From: Pirellulales bacterium
Lineage (GTDB): Bacteria; Planctomycetota; Planctomycetia; Pirellulales; JAICIG01
Length of the DNA stretch: 64,000 bases
Assembly (NCBI GenBank): GCA_040901675.1
Contig: JBBDYJ010000032.1
Location: forward strand, 128,756 to 192,755
Direction: 5' to 3'
How positions within the stretch are numbered: the stretch's first letter is position 1; each line of letters starts with the position of its first letter. The notes under the pieces were generated by a model. The model ran no database searches, was not told the origin of the DNA, and worked only from the letters and a program-made list of their open reading frames with translations. This document shows positions 20,641 through 29,979 of the stretch, in pieces. Position numbers and translations under genes: made by a program.

Positions 20641-21177
20641 TCACTCTGCCAGCCGAGCACGCAATATCTGCCGGGCCCGCGTCAACCGCATGTCGACCGC
20701 CGCGGAAGAAGTGCCCAGCAGCTCGCCGATCCGCTTGCTCGACAGCCCCTCGTAGTAACGCAGCACCAGGGCCGTCCTGGACGCCTCATCCAGCGCCGCC
20801 AAGGCCTGGCCAAGCCTTTCGCCCGTCTCCTTCTGCTCCAGGTTGGAAACCGGACCTCCGCCGGCAGGCAGCGATGCCAGCGATACCTCGGCCCGGGCCC
20901 GCCGTTCGCGCTTGCCACGCCGCCGCGCGTCGTGGGCCAGGTTGCGGACGATCTCGCACAGCCACGATCCAAACCGGCTCGGTTCCCGCAACTCGCCGAG
21001 ACGCTGCCAGCCACGCAGGAAGCCCTCCTGGGCCGCGTCGCCGGCCAGGTCGGCATCGAGCAACACGGCATAGGCGACCGCCAAGGCCGCTCGCTCGAAC
21101 CGCGTGATCAGCAGTCCGAAGGCCTGGCGGTCTCCCGCCTGGGCTCGATGGACGGCTTCTTCGACCGTGGATTCCAA
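20641..21177 (-). CDS. ECF sigma-70 factor
   Basis: AQAGDRQAFGLLI, DAAQEGFLRGW, FGSWLCEIVRN, LRYYEGLSSKRIGELLG; TTG start uncertain. Confidence 0.9.
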   Translation of the reverse strand: MESTVEEAVHRAQAGDRQAFGLLITRFERAALAVAYAVLLDADLAGDAAQEGFLRGWQRLGELREPSRFGSWLCEIVRNLAHDARRRGKRERRARAEVSLASLPAGGGPVSNLEQKETGERLGQALAALDEASRTALVLRYYEGLSSKRIGELLGTSSAAVDMRLTRARQILRARLAE

Positions 21178-21529
21178 GCAGCACTCTCCGCAGGTTGCCG
21201 GCTGCCGCGGGCCCTGAACCGCCTTGCTGATAATAAGACGACCGGGCGGCAAGTTTTCTAACGCGGATCGCCGCGCTCGACCGCCTGGACTGGCCTGCCA
21301 GCGACCAGGCGGGGGGGAGGCCTCGATTCGATTGCCTGATCGCCAGGGGCGGGCGCTGCGCCCATAAGAGTAATAACGGCGAGTGTTTGCAACCTAGCGT
21401 GATCCGGGCGGCCCGGCCGCTTGCGCCTTCGGCACGGCACGTGCGGTGCGTGGTTGCGTTTCCGGCTGAATCCGCCTGCGACGCGCGGGCAGGCGGCCGT
21501 TTGAATTTTCCCCGTGAGGAGTTCGGATC

Positions 21530-22723
21530 ATGCGATGCAGCCACCTGGGCACTGGTTTCTGGTTCCTGGCAACCGTGATGGCGTGCTCGCTCGTCGGCGC
21601 CCAAGAGCCGGCCCAGGAGCCGGCCGCTCCGCCGGACGAAGTGCGCCCGGCCGATCCGGATGAGGAGGCCGACGAAGAAACCCTGTTTGGCCTGGTACTC
21701 GATCAAACCGAGGCGCCGCGGATCCTCGTCTCTTCGGTGGCGCCGGGCAGCCTCGCGGCCGAGGCCGGGTTTGAAAAAGGGGACGAGATCACCCGGTTCG
21801 ACGACCAGCCGATCGCTTCGGCCGTAGTCCTCCAGGAGAGGCTGTTGGCAATCGAGCCTGGCGAAAGCGTGACACTGCACGTCTTCCGAGGGGATGACCA
21901 GACGGTAAGAGTGGTGCTGAAAGTACCCGCGCAGCGCCAACCACCACCCCAAGCCAAGGTGGATCCAGCCGCCGCGGCCGCCGACGTGGGTTTCTCCGGC
22001 ATGTTCCTGCGGCAGGTCTCGCCGCGCCGGGTCGTTGTCATCCGCGTGTCGCCCAACACTCCGGCGGAAGCCGCGGGAATCCGCGCCGGCGACGAGGTGG
22101 TTGCAGTCGACCGGAAGCGCGCCGTGCCGCTGGATGGCTTGATGAACTTTGCGACCAAGCTGTTCGGCACGCTCGAACCGGGGCAGGCAGTTCCCGTAAC
22201 GATTCGCCGAGACGGCGAGGAGCAGGTGGTCGAGTTGGCCGTGGCCGAAAACCCGGCTCCCAGGCCGCCGCAACAGGCCTCGGATCAGTTGATCCCCCCC
22301 GACGTGCTGACCACGATCGGGCTGGCCGTGCTGGAGAGGCCTTCCAACACGTTGCGGGTGGCGGCCGTGGTGGCGCATAGCCCAGCGGCCGTGGCCGGTA
22401 TCCAGCGTGGCGACATCATCCGCTCGCTGGCACAGCAGCCGATCGGCACCGCGGAAGAGTTGGCCGCCGTGATCAGCATGCACCAGCGTGGCGAGGCCGT
22501 GCCGTTTGAGGTGGTGCGCCGCCGCGAGACGGTCACCGGTTCGCTGACGCTACGGGCCGAACCGGCCGCGATGGTCGACTATGTGCGGGCCCTGCAGGAG
22601 CAGGTCGACGCTTTGTCGCGGACGGTCGAAGCGATGTCGAAGGAGATCGAGGCCCTGCGTGGCGAAAGCGGCGGCCGGAGTGCAGCAGGCGCCCGGCCGG
22701 GCCGCCGCGAGCCGATTCGGTGA
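21530..22723 (+). CDS. Secreted triple-PDZ protein with C-terminal coiled coil
   Basis: GAGGAG RBS; signal peptide; three V..V.P.S/TPA..AG...GD.I units; LQEQVDALSRTVEAMSKEIEAL. Confidence 0.85.
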   Translation: MRCSHLGTGFWFLATVMACSLVGAQEPAQEPAAPPDEVRPADPDEEADEETLFGLVLDQTEAPRILVSSVAPGSLAAEAGFEKGDEITRFDDQPIASAVVLQERLLAIEPGESVTLHVFRGDDQTVRVVLKVPAQRQPPPQAKVDPAAAAADVGFSGMFLRQVSPRRVVVIRVSPNTPAEAAGIRAGDEVVAVDRKRAVPLDGLMNFATKLFGTLEPGQAVPVTIRRDGEEQVVELAVAENPAPRPPQQASDQLIPPDVLTTIGLAVLERPSNTLRVAAVVAHSPAAVAGIQRGDIIRSLAQQPIGTAEELAAVISMHQRGEAVPFEVVRRRETVTGSLTLRAEPAAMVDYVRALQEQVDALSRTVEAMSKEIEALRGESGGRSAAGARPGRREPIR

Positions 22724-22819
22724 GCGAGAGACTGCCGGCGGCGTAGTTTGCCAGCGAGTTGGGATGTTGTTCGATCGGCCGTGCCTGGGTCAGTTCATCG
22801 GAAAGAGAGGAGTATCCTC

Positions 22820-22930
22820 ATGAAGAAGCTGAATGTGCGTGAAGGTAAAGTGGGGTGGATTATCCTGTGGCTGCTCGGTGTGCCCATTCCGATCCTGCTC
22901 ATACTGTTCCTGATCCGCGGGTGTACCTGA
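22820..22930 (+). CDS. 36-aa small membrane protein
   Basis: GAGGAG RBS; MKKLNVREGKVGWIILWLLGVPIPILLILFLIRGCT. Confidence 0.7.
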   Translation: MKKLNVREGKVGWIILWLLGVPIPILLILFLIRGCT

Positions 22931-23140
22931 TCCAGGGACATCATCGGTCCGGGCCAGGCCAAGCCGCATGCCTTGACCGACTTCGCACGAGCCTCAGGCT
23001 TGCGCCTGAAGTATCCGGATTCGTAGTCCAGACCGTGGCGGTAGGCCGACTCGTGGATGTGCGCCAAAGTGAGCACCAACGCGCTTTATTGCGCAAGCGC
23101 CCTTGACCAGACGGAAACGCAAGGGGCAGAATCGGTTGCC

Positions 23141-24202
23141 ATGGAGAGCCTTGTACGTCCCTTGCAGATCGGTAGCGTCGAGATCGGATTTCCGGTGGTC
23201 CAGGCCGCCCTGTCTGGTTACAGCGACCTGGCCATGCGCGTGATTGCCCGGCGGCTGGGGGCTTCCTACGCGCTATGCGAAGTGGTGCTCGACCGGATCA
23301 TCCTGGAGGCAGGCCGCCAGACGCGGCGGCGCTTCCAGATCAGCCGGGAAGAGCATCCCGTGGGGGGGCAACTGATGGGGAGCGATCCGGAAGAGTTTGC
23401 CAGCGCGGCGGCGGAGTTGGCGGCGGCGGGGTTCGACGTGATCGACATCAACTTCGGCTGCCCGGTGCGCAAGGTGCTCGGCCGTTGCCGCGGGGGTTTC
23501 TTGCTGAGCCAGCCGGCCGTGGCCCTGCAAATCGTATCGCGGGTCCGCGACGCGGTGCCGCCTGAGAAGCCGGTCACGGTCAAGATGCGCCGCGGCATGG
23601 ACGACAGCCAACAAAGCCGAGACCAGTTCTTCGCGATCTTCGATGGAGCATTCCAGCGCGGCGTGGCGGCGGTCACCGTGCATGGCCGGACTGTACAGCA
23701 ACGCTACGTGGGCGCCAGCCGCTGGGAATTCCTGAGCGAGGTGAAGCGGCATGCCGGCGCACGCACCGTGCTGGGAAGCGGCGACTTGTTCACCGCGGCC
23801 GATTGCCTGGCGATGCTCCGGCAAACGGGCGTCGACGGCGTGACGGTGGCGCGCGGGGCGATCGGCAACCCCTGGATCTTCGCCCAGGCCCGAGCCCTGG
23901 CGGCCGGCCTGCCGCTGCCCACGCCCCCCAGCCTGCACGAACAACGGGAGGTGCTGCGCGAGCATTTTCGGCTGGCGGCCCAGGTCTACGGCCCCGATCA
24001 ATGCGGCCGGCAGATGCGCAAGTTCGGCATCAAGTATTCGCAACTGCACCCGCAAGCGAGCGAAGTCCGCGATGCCTTTGTGGCAGTCAAGCGTCCCGGC
24101 GACTGGGACGAGGTGCTCGACCGCTGGTATGCTCTCGACCTGCCCGGCGTCCATCCGTGTAGCTTGGAGGCCGCCTCCGAACCGGCCGAATGCGAAGCGT
24201 GA
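23141..24202 (+). CDS. dusB: tRNA-dihydrouridine synthase (DusB-like)
   Basis: IDINFGCPVRKV, PVTVKMRRG, VTVHGRT, GSGDL, ARGAIGNPWIF. Confidence 0.88.
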   Translation: MESLVRPLQIGSVEIGFPVVQAALSGYSDLAMRVIARRLGASYALCEVVLDRIILEAGRQTRRRFQISREEHPVGGQLMGSDPEEFASAAAELAAAGFDVIDINFGCPVRKVLGRCRGGFLLSQPAVALQIVSRVRDAVPPEKPVTVKMRRGMDDSQQSRDQFFAIFDGAFQRGVAAVTVHGRTVQQRYVGASRWEFLSEVKRHAGARTVLGSGDLFTAADCLAMLRQTGVDGVTVARGAIGNPWIFAQARALAAGLPLPTPPSLHEQREVLREHFRLAAQVYGPDQCGRQMRKFGIKYSQLHPQASEVRDAFVAVKRPGDWDEVLDRWYALDLPGVHPCSLEAASEPAECEA

Positions 24203-24224
24203 CCTCTGGGCACCGGCGGCCGCA

Positions 24225-24275
24225 GCGCAGCACTGCTTCTCGGCCCCGACACGGCGGGGCCTCCAAGCAGTGGCA
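24225..24275. repeat. REP-like element (CACTGCTT...AAGCAGTGGCA family)
   Basis: Same ends as copies in the 40888-41207 cluster and at ~60004-60050. Confidence 0.8.
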
Positions 24276-24298
24276 GTACTGACTTCCGGCTCCCCGTC

Positions 24299-25495
24299 TT
24301 ATTCCTCCTTCCTCGGCTCGACTGAGCTCGCCGAAGTCCTTCCTCCCTCCTCCTTCATTCGGCTTCCGCCCTCCTCCTTCATTCGCAAGGCCTGCTCGAT
24401 TTCGGTACGGACCAGCGGATCGGGCTCGCACGCCAGTCTGGCCAGAAGCGCCGCGCGAGCCTGCCCCTGCACGTACCGGCCCAAAGCCCAGGCACAGGCG
24501 CCGCGCACCAACGGCTCGCTGTCCGACAGGCCATGCACCAGCGCGGGCAAGGCTTCGGCCCGTGGATGGTTGCCCAGCACAATCGCCGCGTTGCGGAGAA
24601 TGCCCCGCCGCTTGGGCCGCCAGAGAGGCGTGTGCCGGAAGCGGCGGCGGAAGGCGGCCTCGTCCAAGTCGAACAGGCCGGCCAGGTCGAGCGGATTCAT
24701 TCCGTCGGCCGGTTGGAGTGCCGGTTCGTCAGCCGTCGGCGCTCGGTGGTTCCAAGGGCACACCTCCTGGCAAACGTCGCAGCCCAGCAGCCAGTCGCCG
24801 ACGCCGGCCCGCAGCTCGCCGGGCACGCTGGTCCGCAGCTCGATCGTCAGGTAACTGATGCAGCGGCGGCTGTCGAGCACGTAGGGCTCGACGAAGGCCT
24901 GGGTCGGGCAGGCGTCGAGGCATGCCCGGCAGGTTCCGCAGTGATCGGTTTCGTGGGGCTCGTCGTAGGCCAGCTCCTGGTCGGTGACCAGGGCCGCCAG
25001 AAAAAACCAGCTTCCCAGGTTCTTGTTCAACAGCAGGGTGTTCTTGCCGATCCAGCCGAGGCCGGCCAGTTGGGCGAACTCCCGTTCCAGCAGCGGCGCC
25101 GTATCGACGACTCCGCGGGCACTCGCCTGCGGCGCGAGTTGGTGAAACACTTGCAGAAGCCGGCGGAGCCGCTGGTGGATCAAGTCGTGGTAATCGCCCC
25201 CCCAGGCGTACCGCGACACGCGTCCCTGCCCGGCGCGGGTTGCCGCCGGCTCGGCAGTCCGGTAATTCATCGCCAGCAGCAGCAGGCTGCGGGCGCTGTC
25301 CAAAACGAGCTTGGGATGGGAGTAGGCCTGCTCGCGATCGGCCAGGTAGTGCATCTGGCCGGCATATCCCCGGTCGAGCCACTCGTGGAAGCGATGAATT
25401 CCTCGTGGAGTCACCGCCGGGCAAGCCCCTGCCAGGGAAAAGCCGGTTCGCGACGCCTCCTCCTTTAACCGGTCGGTGAGCTGCCTTGGATCCAT
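24299..25495 (-). CDS. queG: Epoxyqueuosine reductase with C-terminal HEAT repeat and repeat-derived tail
   Basis: VSRYAWGGDYH, VDTAPLLERE, GWIGKN, CGTCRACLDACPT, CISYLTIE, GCDVCQEVCPWN. Confidence 0.95.
   Translation of the reverse strand: MDPRQLTDRLKEEASRTGFSLAGACPAVTPRGIHRFHEWLDRGYAGQMHYLADREQAYSHPKLVLDSARSLLLLAMNYRTAEPAATRAGQGRVSRYAWGGDYHDLIHQRLRRLLQVFHQLAPQASARGVVDTAPLLEREFAQLAGLGWIGKNTLLLNKNLGSWFFLAALVTDQELAYDEPHETDHCGTCRACLDACPTQAFVEPYVLDSRRCISYLTIELRTSVPGELRAGVGDWLLGCDVCQEVCPWNHRAPTADEPALQPADGMNPLDLAGLFDLDEAAFRRRFRHTPLWRPKRRGILRNAAIVLGNHPRAEALPALVHGLSDSEPLVRGACAWALGRYVQGQARAALLARLACEPDPLVRTEIEQALRMKEEGGSRMKEEGGRTSASSVEPRKEE
24315..24338 (+). mobile_element. 24-bp mini-insertion element within a heptamer array inside the queG tail
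   Basis: GGCTCGACTGAGCTCGCCGAAGTC; removing it restores the TTCCTCC register. Confidence 0.8.
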
Positions 25496-25689
25496 GACTC
25501 TATTGTAAGAGTTGCACAGCCCCGTAACGGGAGATCCCCCGGCCCTCCAAAAGAACTGCCGAGCCGGGCGCGTTGACCCACTTGTTGCGGGCGGGGGCGG
25601 CGCTCACAATGGAATGGGAGAGGGTATCATCAGAAAAAAGGGCCGGCCGCGGTGGAAACACGCCCGGCCTTGCGGAGAAAACAGAGACC

Positions 25690-26010
25690 ATGAAGTCGAT
25701 TCGCTGGATGTTGTTGGCGGCCGCGGCGGGGACGGGATTGCTGGCAGCCGCGGCGGGCATTGCCGGCTGTGGCCCTCGACTGAGCCGTCAGGACTTGGGG
25801 GAGATCTTCGTGAATCCCAGGGAGTTGCCGGCCTTCAACCAGCCGTACGACCTGCCCGTGGAGCCCCCGCCCAAGTCCGAAGCAGACACCCAGGCATCGC
25901 CCGGCGGGCCAGAACCGATGCCGCGGCCCGGCCAGATGCCCACCCCACCCGCCCCAAGAGGCGGAAAGGGCCAGCCGGCGGCACCGGCACGGCCGAACAC
26001 GCCGAACTGA
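25690..26010 (+). CDS. Putative lipoprotein, Pro-rich tail
   Basis: MKSIRW...GIAG-C lipobox-like. Confidence 0.7.
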   Translation: MKSIRWMLLAAAAGTGLLAAAAGIAGCGPRLSRQDLGEIFVNPRELPAFNQPYDLPVEPPPKSEADTQASPGGPEPMPRPGQMPTPPAPRGGKGQPAAPARPNTPN

Positions 26011-26114
26011 GCAGGCTGGGCCGGTTTTTTCTGTTGTACCGGTTTCGATTCGGATTAGCCTGGAAGGTTGGGACCTGCGCCGGTCCCGACACAAGTCACT
26101 TCGAGGGTATCCGA

Positions 26115-26573
26115 ATGCACGTTCCAATGAAACACCTGGTGTGGGCCGCCGCCGTCGTGTGCGGCCTGCAGGTCTCGACCGCCTCCGCTCAGCAGGTCGC
26201 GGGCAATCCTTGCCTGTACGGCTTCAACGGCGGGTACGGACTGTACTACAACATCTACGGGTATGAGACGGTGCCGTACTTCGCGCTGCACCCGCCGGTT
26301 TACTACAGCTATCCGGTCGCCCGGCCCTACGGTTACAGCCCGTGGGCTTACCCGCCCGGCACGATGACTCCGGACGTCGAATCGGTCCAGCCGAAGGAGA
26401 TGATCAATCCCCACGTCGAGCCGGCGCCGGCACAGCCGACAAACGACAATTCGGCCCGGCGCGCAGACGATGCTCCCGTGCCACTAGTCATCCTGAACCC
26501 GTTTGTCGACCAGGCGCAGGACGCTGCCGCGCAGTCGGGTATTATCCGTCCTGCGAAGCTGGTGATCCACTAA
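26115..26573 (+). CDS. Secreted Tyr/Pro-rich hypothetical protein
   Basis: Signal peptide ending ASA-Q; VPYFALHPPVYYSYPVARPYGYSP. Confidence 0.75.
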   Translation: MHVPMKHLVWAAAVVCGLQVSTASAQQVAGNPCLYGFNGGYGLYYNIYGYETVPYFALHPPVYYSYPVARPYGYSPWAYPPGTMTPDVESVQPKEMINPHVEPAPAQPTNDNSARRADDAPVPLVILNPFVDQAQDAAAQSGIIRPAKLVIH

Positions 26574-27160
26574 GAGCCGGAACCGCGCATCAGCTCTTGC
26601 AGCATTTCGGCCAGCAGTTCCATGGGGAGCCCGACCACGTTGGTTGGGCTCCCCTTTTTGATGCTCAGCCAGCCAAGCCGGTCCTGGTAGCCAAAGGCTC
26701 CGGCCTTGCCTTGCCAAAGCCCGCTGGCCAGGTAATCGGTAATCTGCTCCGGCGAGAGCCGCTCCATGGCCAGCGTGGTCTCGGCAACTTCGACCCGCGG
26801 CCGGCCGTGGCCCAGGCGCCAGACGCACAGGCCGCTCAACACGCGGTGTTCGCGCCCGCTGAGGGTTTCGAGCATTTGCCTGGCGTGCGCCTCGTCGCGG
26901 GGCTTGCCGAGGATCTTCCCGTCGCACAGGGCCACCGTATCGCAGGCGACCAGGATGCCCTGTTCGACTCGCCGGGCCACGTCGGCCGCTTTTTCGAGCG
27001 CCAGGCGGGCCACGAAGTCGCGGGGATTCTCACCTGGGGCGATTGCGCTCTCGGCCGCTTCGCCGGGCGGCACCACGCGGAAGTGGTAGCCCGCTTCGGC
27101 CAGCAGCGACCGTCGGCGGTCGGAGCCGCTGGCCAGGATCAGTTCGTGTGGGAAGGTCAT
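26570..27160 (-). CDS. maf: Maf-family nucleotide pyrophosphatase
   Basis: LILASGSDRR, EKA, ACDTV, ILGKP, GKAGAFG, NVVGLP. Confidence 0.93.
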   Translation of the reverse strand: MTFPHELILASGSDRRRSLLAEAGYHFRVVPPGEAAESAIAPGENPRDFVARLALEKAADVARRVEQGILVACDTVALCDGKILGKPRDEAHARQMLETLSGREHRVLSGLCVWRLGHGRPRVEVAETTLAMERLSPEQITDYLASGLWQGKAGAFGYQDRLGWLSIKKGSPTNVVGLPMELLAEMLQELMRGSGS

Positions 27161-27228
27161 CGAAATCAGCGCCTGGACAGCTTCGCGGCGGCCCGCATTT
27201 GGCCTCTCAGCATGGTACAACGTGGTCT

Positions 27229-27906
27229 ATGCACGATCCAAGGCTGGAAGTCTTGTACGAAGACAACCACCTGCTGGCCTTGAACAAGCCGGCCGGCCTG
27301 GCCACGATGGGCGTGTCGGCCGACGTGCCGAGCCTGCTTTCGCTGGCCCGGGACTACATCAAGCACCGTTACAACAAGCCGGGCAACGTCTACCTTGGCG
27401 CCATGAGCCGGCTCGATGCGCCCGTGACCGGCGTGGTGCTTTTCGCCCGGACCTCCAAAGCGGCCGCCCGGTTGACGGAGCAGTTCCGCGGCCGGTCCGT
27501 GGAAAAGGCGTACTGGGCGATCGTGGCCGGCGGCCTGCCGAAGCCGGCCGAGGAGTGCGTCGATTGGATCCGCAAGGACGAACGGCACCGCCGCATGCAC
27601 TTGGCCGGCGAGGGGCAGGCCGGCGCGCAGCTCGCGCGACTGCACTATCGGCGGCTGCGGCAAGTGCCCGGCGGCTGGCTGCTGGAGGTCGAGCTGGCGA
27701 CGGGCCGCAAGCATCAGATCCGCCTGCAGTTGTCCGCGCGTGGCTTTCCCGTGCTGGGCGACCGGAAGTACGGCAGCCGCGAGGCGTTCGCCTCCGGGAT
27801 TGCGCTGCACTCGCGGCGCCTCGTCTTCGAGCATCCCACCCGCGGCGAAGCGATCGTGCTGGAAGCGCCGCTGCCGGCCGCCTGGCAGCGGTTTGGCTTG
27901 CAGTGA
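27229..27906 (+). CDS. RluA-family pseudouridine synthase
   Basis: VLYEDNHLLALNKPAGL, SRLDAPVTG, TGRKHQIR, PVLGDRKYG, LHSRRL. Confidence 0.92.
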   Translation: MHDPRLEVLYEDNHLLALNKPAGLATMGVSADVPSLLSLARDYIKHRYNKPGNVYLGAMSRLDAPVTGVVLFARTSKAAARLTEQFRGRSVEKAYWAIVAGGLPKPAEECVDWIRKDERHRRMHLAGEGQAGAQLARLHYRRLRQVPGGWLLEVELATGRKHQIRLQLSARGFPVLGDRKYGSREAFASGIALHSRRLVFEHPTRGEAIVLEAPLPAAWQRFGLQ

Positions 27907-27922
27907 CCCCATTCATGGGGTC
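27900..27922. repeat. REP-like palindrome (GACCCCAT.CATGGGGTC family) containing both convergent stop codons
   Basis: gcagtgaccccattcatggggtc; relatives at 34643-34702 and ~39410-39432. Confidence 0.8.
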
Positions 27923-29514
27923 GTTCTTCCGGCCACCTGTCGTCCTTCGTTTGTCGCCACCGGACCCGCCGCAAGCAGTGCTTCGAGCCTCTCGGGAGCG
28001 ACCGGCTTGACGAGATGGTGGTCGAAGCCGGCTTCGTAAGAGCGTTTTTGGTCGTCGTCCTGGCTGAAGCCGGTCAACGCCACGAGCAGAATCGACTTGA
28101 AGTGCGGCCGCATCCGTAATTGCCTGGCCACGTCGTAGCCGCTGATGCCCGGCAAGCCGATGTCGAGCAAGACCACGTCGGGACGATACGCTTCCGAAGC
28201 CTCGACCGCTGCCAAACCGTCGTGGACGACTCGAACATCGTGCTTCCAGGCCCGCACGAGCATGGCCAGCGTGTTGGCGGTATCCTCGCGGTCGTCAACG
28301 ATCAGCACGCGGCGGCCGCCGGAGTTGCCTGCCAGCGGGTGCACCGCCGGCCGTGGGCTCGCCGCGGGCTGGGGTTTCCGCCCATCGGGGCGATCAGATG
28401 GCTCAATCGGTTTCTGCGGCGATTGGGGCTTGGCTCTCTCCGCCGCCAGGGGCAGGCGGACGGTGAATTCGCTCCCCTGTCCCTCGCCTCTGCTAGCGAC
28501 CACGATGGTTCCGCCGTGCATTTCCACCAGGCGGCGGACTAACGCCAGTCCGATGCCCAGGCCCCCTTGCGATCGCTCGTGCCTGTCGTCGACCTGCATG
28601 AACAGGTCGAACAATCGCGGCAGCAGGTGCGCTGGAATGCCGATGCCGTTATCGCGCACGGTTAGCAGGGCCTGATCGCGCTCGCGCCGGGCCGCCAACC
28701 AGATGCGGCCGCCCCGGTTGGTGTACTTGGCGGCGTTGTTCAGGAGGTTGGTGACCACTTGCGCCACCCGGACCGGGTCGGCCTCGAGCCAGACGGCCTC
28801 GTCCGGCAGGGAGATGGTCAGTTCGTGGCCGTACGCATCGATGACGGGCCCGCTCGTTTCCAGCGCCTGGCGAACCGCCGCCCCGAGTTCGACCGGCTGC
28901 TTTTCGATCGTGAACTTGCCTTGCCGGATGCGAGAGATATCCAACAGGTCGTCGACCAGCCTGACGATGTGCTGCACCTGCCGCTGCATCATGCCGCGCA
29001 CCGATTGGCGCGTTTCCGGGTCGGCATCGTCCAACAGGTGCAAAGCACTGCGGATGGGAGTCAGCGGGTTGCGCAGTTCATGCCCCAACAGGGCCAGGAA
29101 CTCGTCCTTGCGCCGATCCGCGGCACGCAGCTCTTCGCTCAGCCGGGTATTTTCCAGGGCCACGGCCTCCGCGCGGCGGCGAGCCACCCGCAACGACTCG
29201 GTCAGCACGACGATGGCGATGCCGACGAGAAAGTAAATCGACAGGCTGATCAAGTCGTCGGGAGCGGTGATCGCGAGCGAGCCGTGCGGTGGAACGAAAT
29301 GATTGGCGGCCGAGACCGTACCCAGCGCCAGGGCCAGGATCGACGGGCCAAGCCCGCCGTGCCAGGCCGAGAAAATCACCGGCAGATAGAAGATGCCGAA
29401 CGGGATCCGCTCGTCGAGCAGCGGCGCCAACAGCGCCCGCAGCCAGGTGGCCAGCGCCACACCCAGCACCGCCGTGCCGTAGCGCACCAGCAGTGAGCCG
29501 ATTGTTCGAGCCAT
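27913..29514 (-). CDS. Hybrid sensor histidine kinase (DUF4118-like TM, HisKA, HATPase, receiver)
   Basis: [35 protein letters not shown]...LDIGLP...KPV. Confidence 0.93.
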   Translation of the reverse strand: MARTIGSLLVRYGTAVLGVALATWLRALLAPLLDERIPFGIFYLPVIFSAWHGGLGPSILALALGTVSAANHFVPPHGSLAITAPDDLISLSIYFLVGIAIVVLTESLRVARRRAEAVALENTRLSEELRAADRRKDEFLALLGHELRNPLTPIRSALHLLDDADPETRQSVRGMMQRQVQHIVRLVDDLLDISRIRQGKFTIEKQPVELGAAVRQALETSGPVIDAYGHELTISLPDEAVWLEADPVRVAQVVTNLLNNAAKYTNRGGRIWLAARRERDQALLTVRDNGIGIPAHLLPRLFDLFMQVDDRHERSQGGLGIGLALVRRLVEMHGGTIVVASRGEGQGSEFTVRLPLAAERAKPQSPQKPIEPSDRPDGRKPQPAASPRPAVHPLAGNSGGRRVLIVDDREDTANTLAMLVRAWKHDVRVVHDGLAAVEASEAYRPDVVLLDIGLPGISGYDVARQLRMRPHFKSILLVALTGFSQDDDQKRSYEAGFDHHLVKPVAPERLEALLAAGPVATNEGRQVAGRTTP

Positions 29515-29658
29515 CTGCCGCTCCTCCTGCCCTCGCTCCATCCAGCCAGCAGCCGTTGCCTGGCCCAAACCCGCCGACCCGGCACTGCACTGCATCCTAT
29601 CGCGAGCCTCAGGCAAGCTCAAGCGGCCCCGCGGATGGGCTCCGGGAGCGGCCGCGGT

Positions 29659-29913
29659 CTATTGCTCCTGCCGCTCTGCCCACCAGTGCTTCCAGGCGGC
29701 GGTGTCCCAAAAAAAATTCTCCGCGAAACGGTCCCGCAGCGGGTTGAAGGCCCAATGAACGTCCGGTCCCTGTTCGAGCGTTGCCTCGATGGCCACGTTC
29801 ACCTTGTGCCGCCACCAGAGGCGGGGAAAAAACGTCAGCGCCGCCGCGACCATCGCCACGGCGACCAGCAGCGTCCGCAGGCGGAATCTGGGCCGAAAGT
29901 TCCTGTTGGGCAG
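29659..29913 (-). CDS. Short membrane-anchored hypothetical protein or remnant
   Basis: Planctomycete-type RFRLRTLLVAVAMVAA motif; only a CTG start (GGAG upstream) precedes it. Confidence 0.4.
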   Translation of the reverse strand: MPNRNFRPRFRLRTLLVAVAMVAAALTFFPRLWWRHKVNVAIEATLEQGPDVHWAFNPLRDRFAENFFWDTAAWKHWWAERQEQ

Positions 29914-29979
29914 CGGCGCTCCGCGTTTTCGGACTGGTCATCGGCCTCGTGGAACCAGTCCCTGATCCTGCAAACGCCG

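Noticed and set aside
21430..21450. sigma54-like GG-N10-GC motifs upstream of the triple-PDZ gene
   Set aside because: Two mismatches in GC-rich sequence; too likely by chance.
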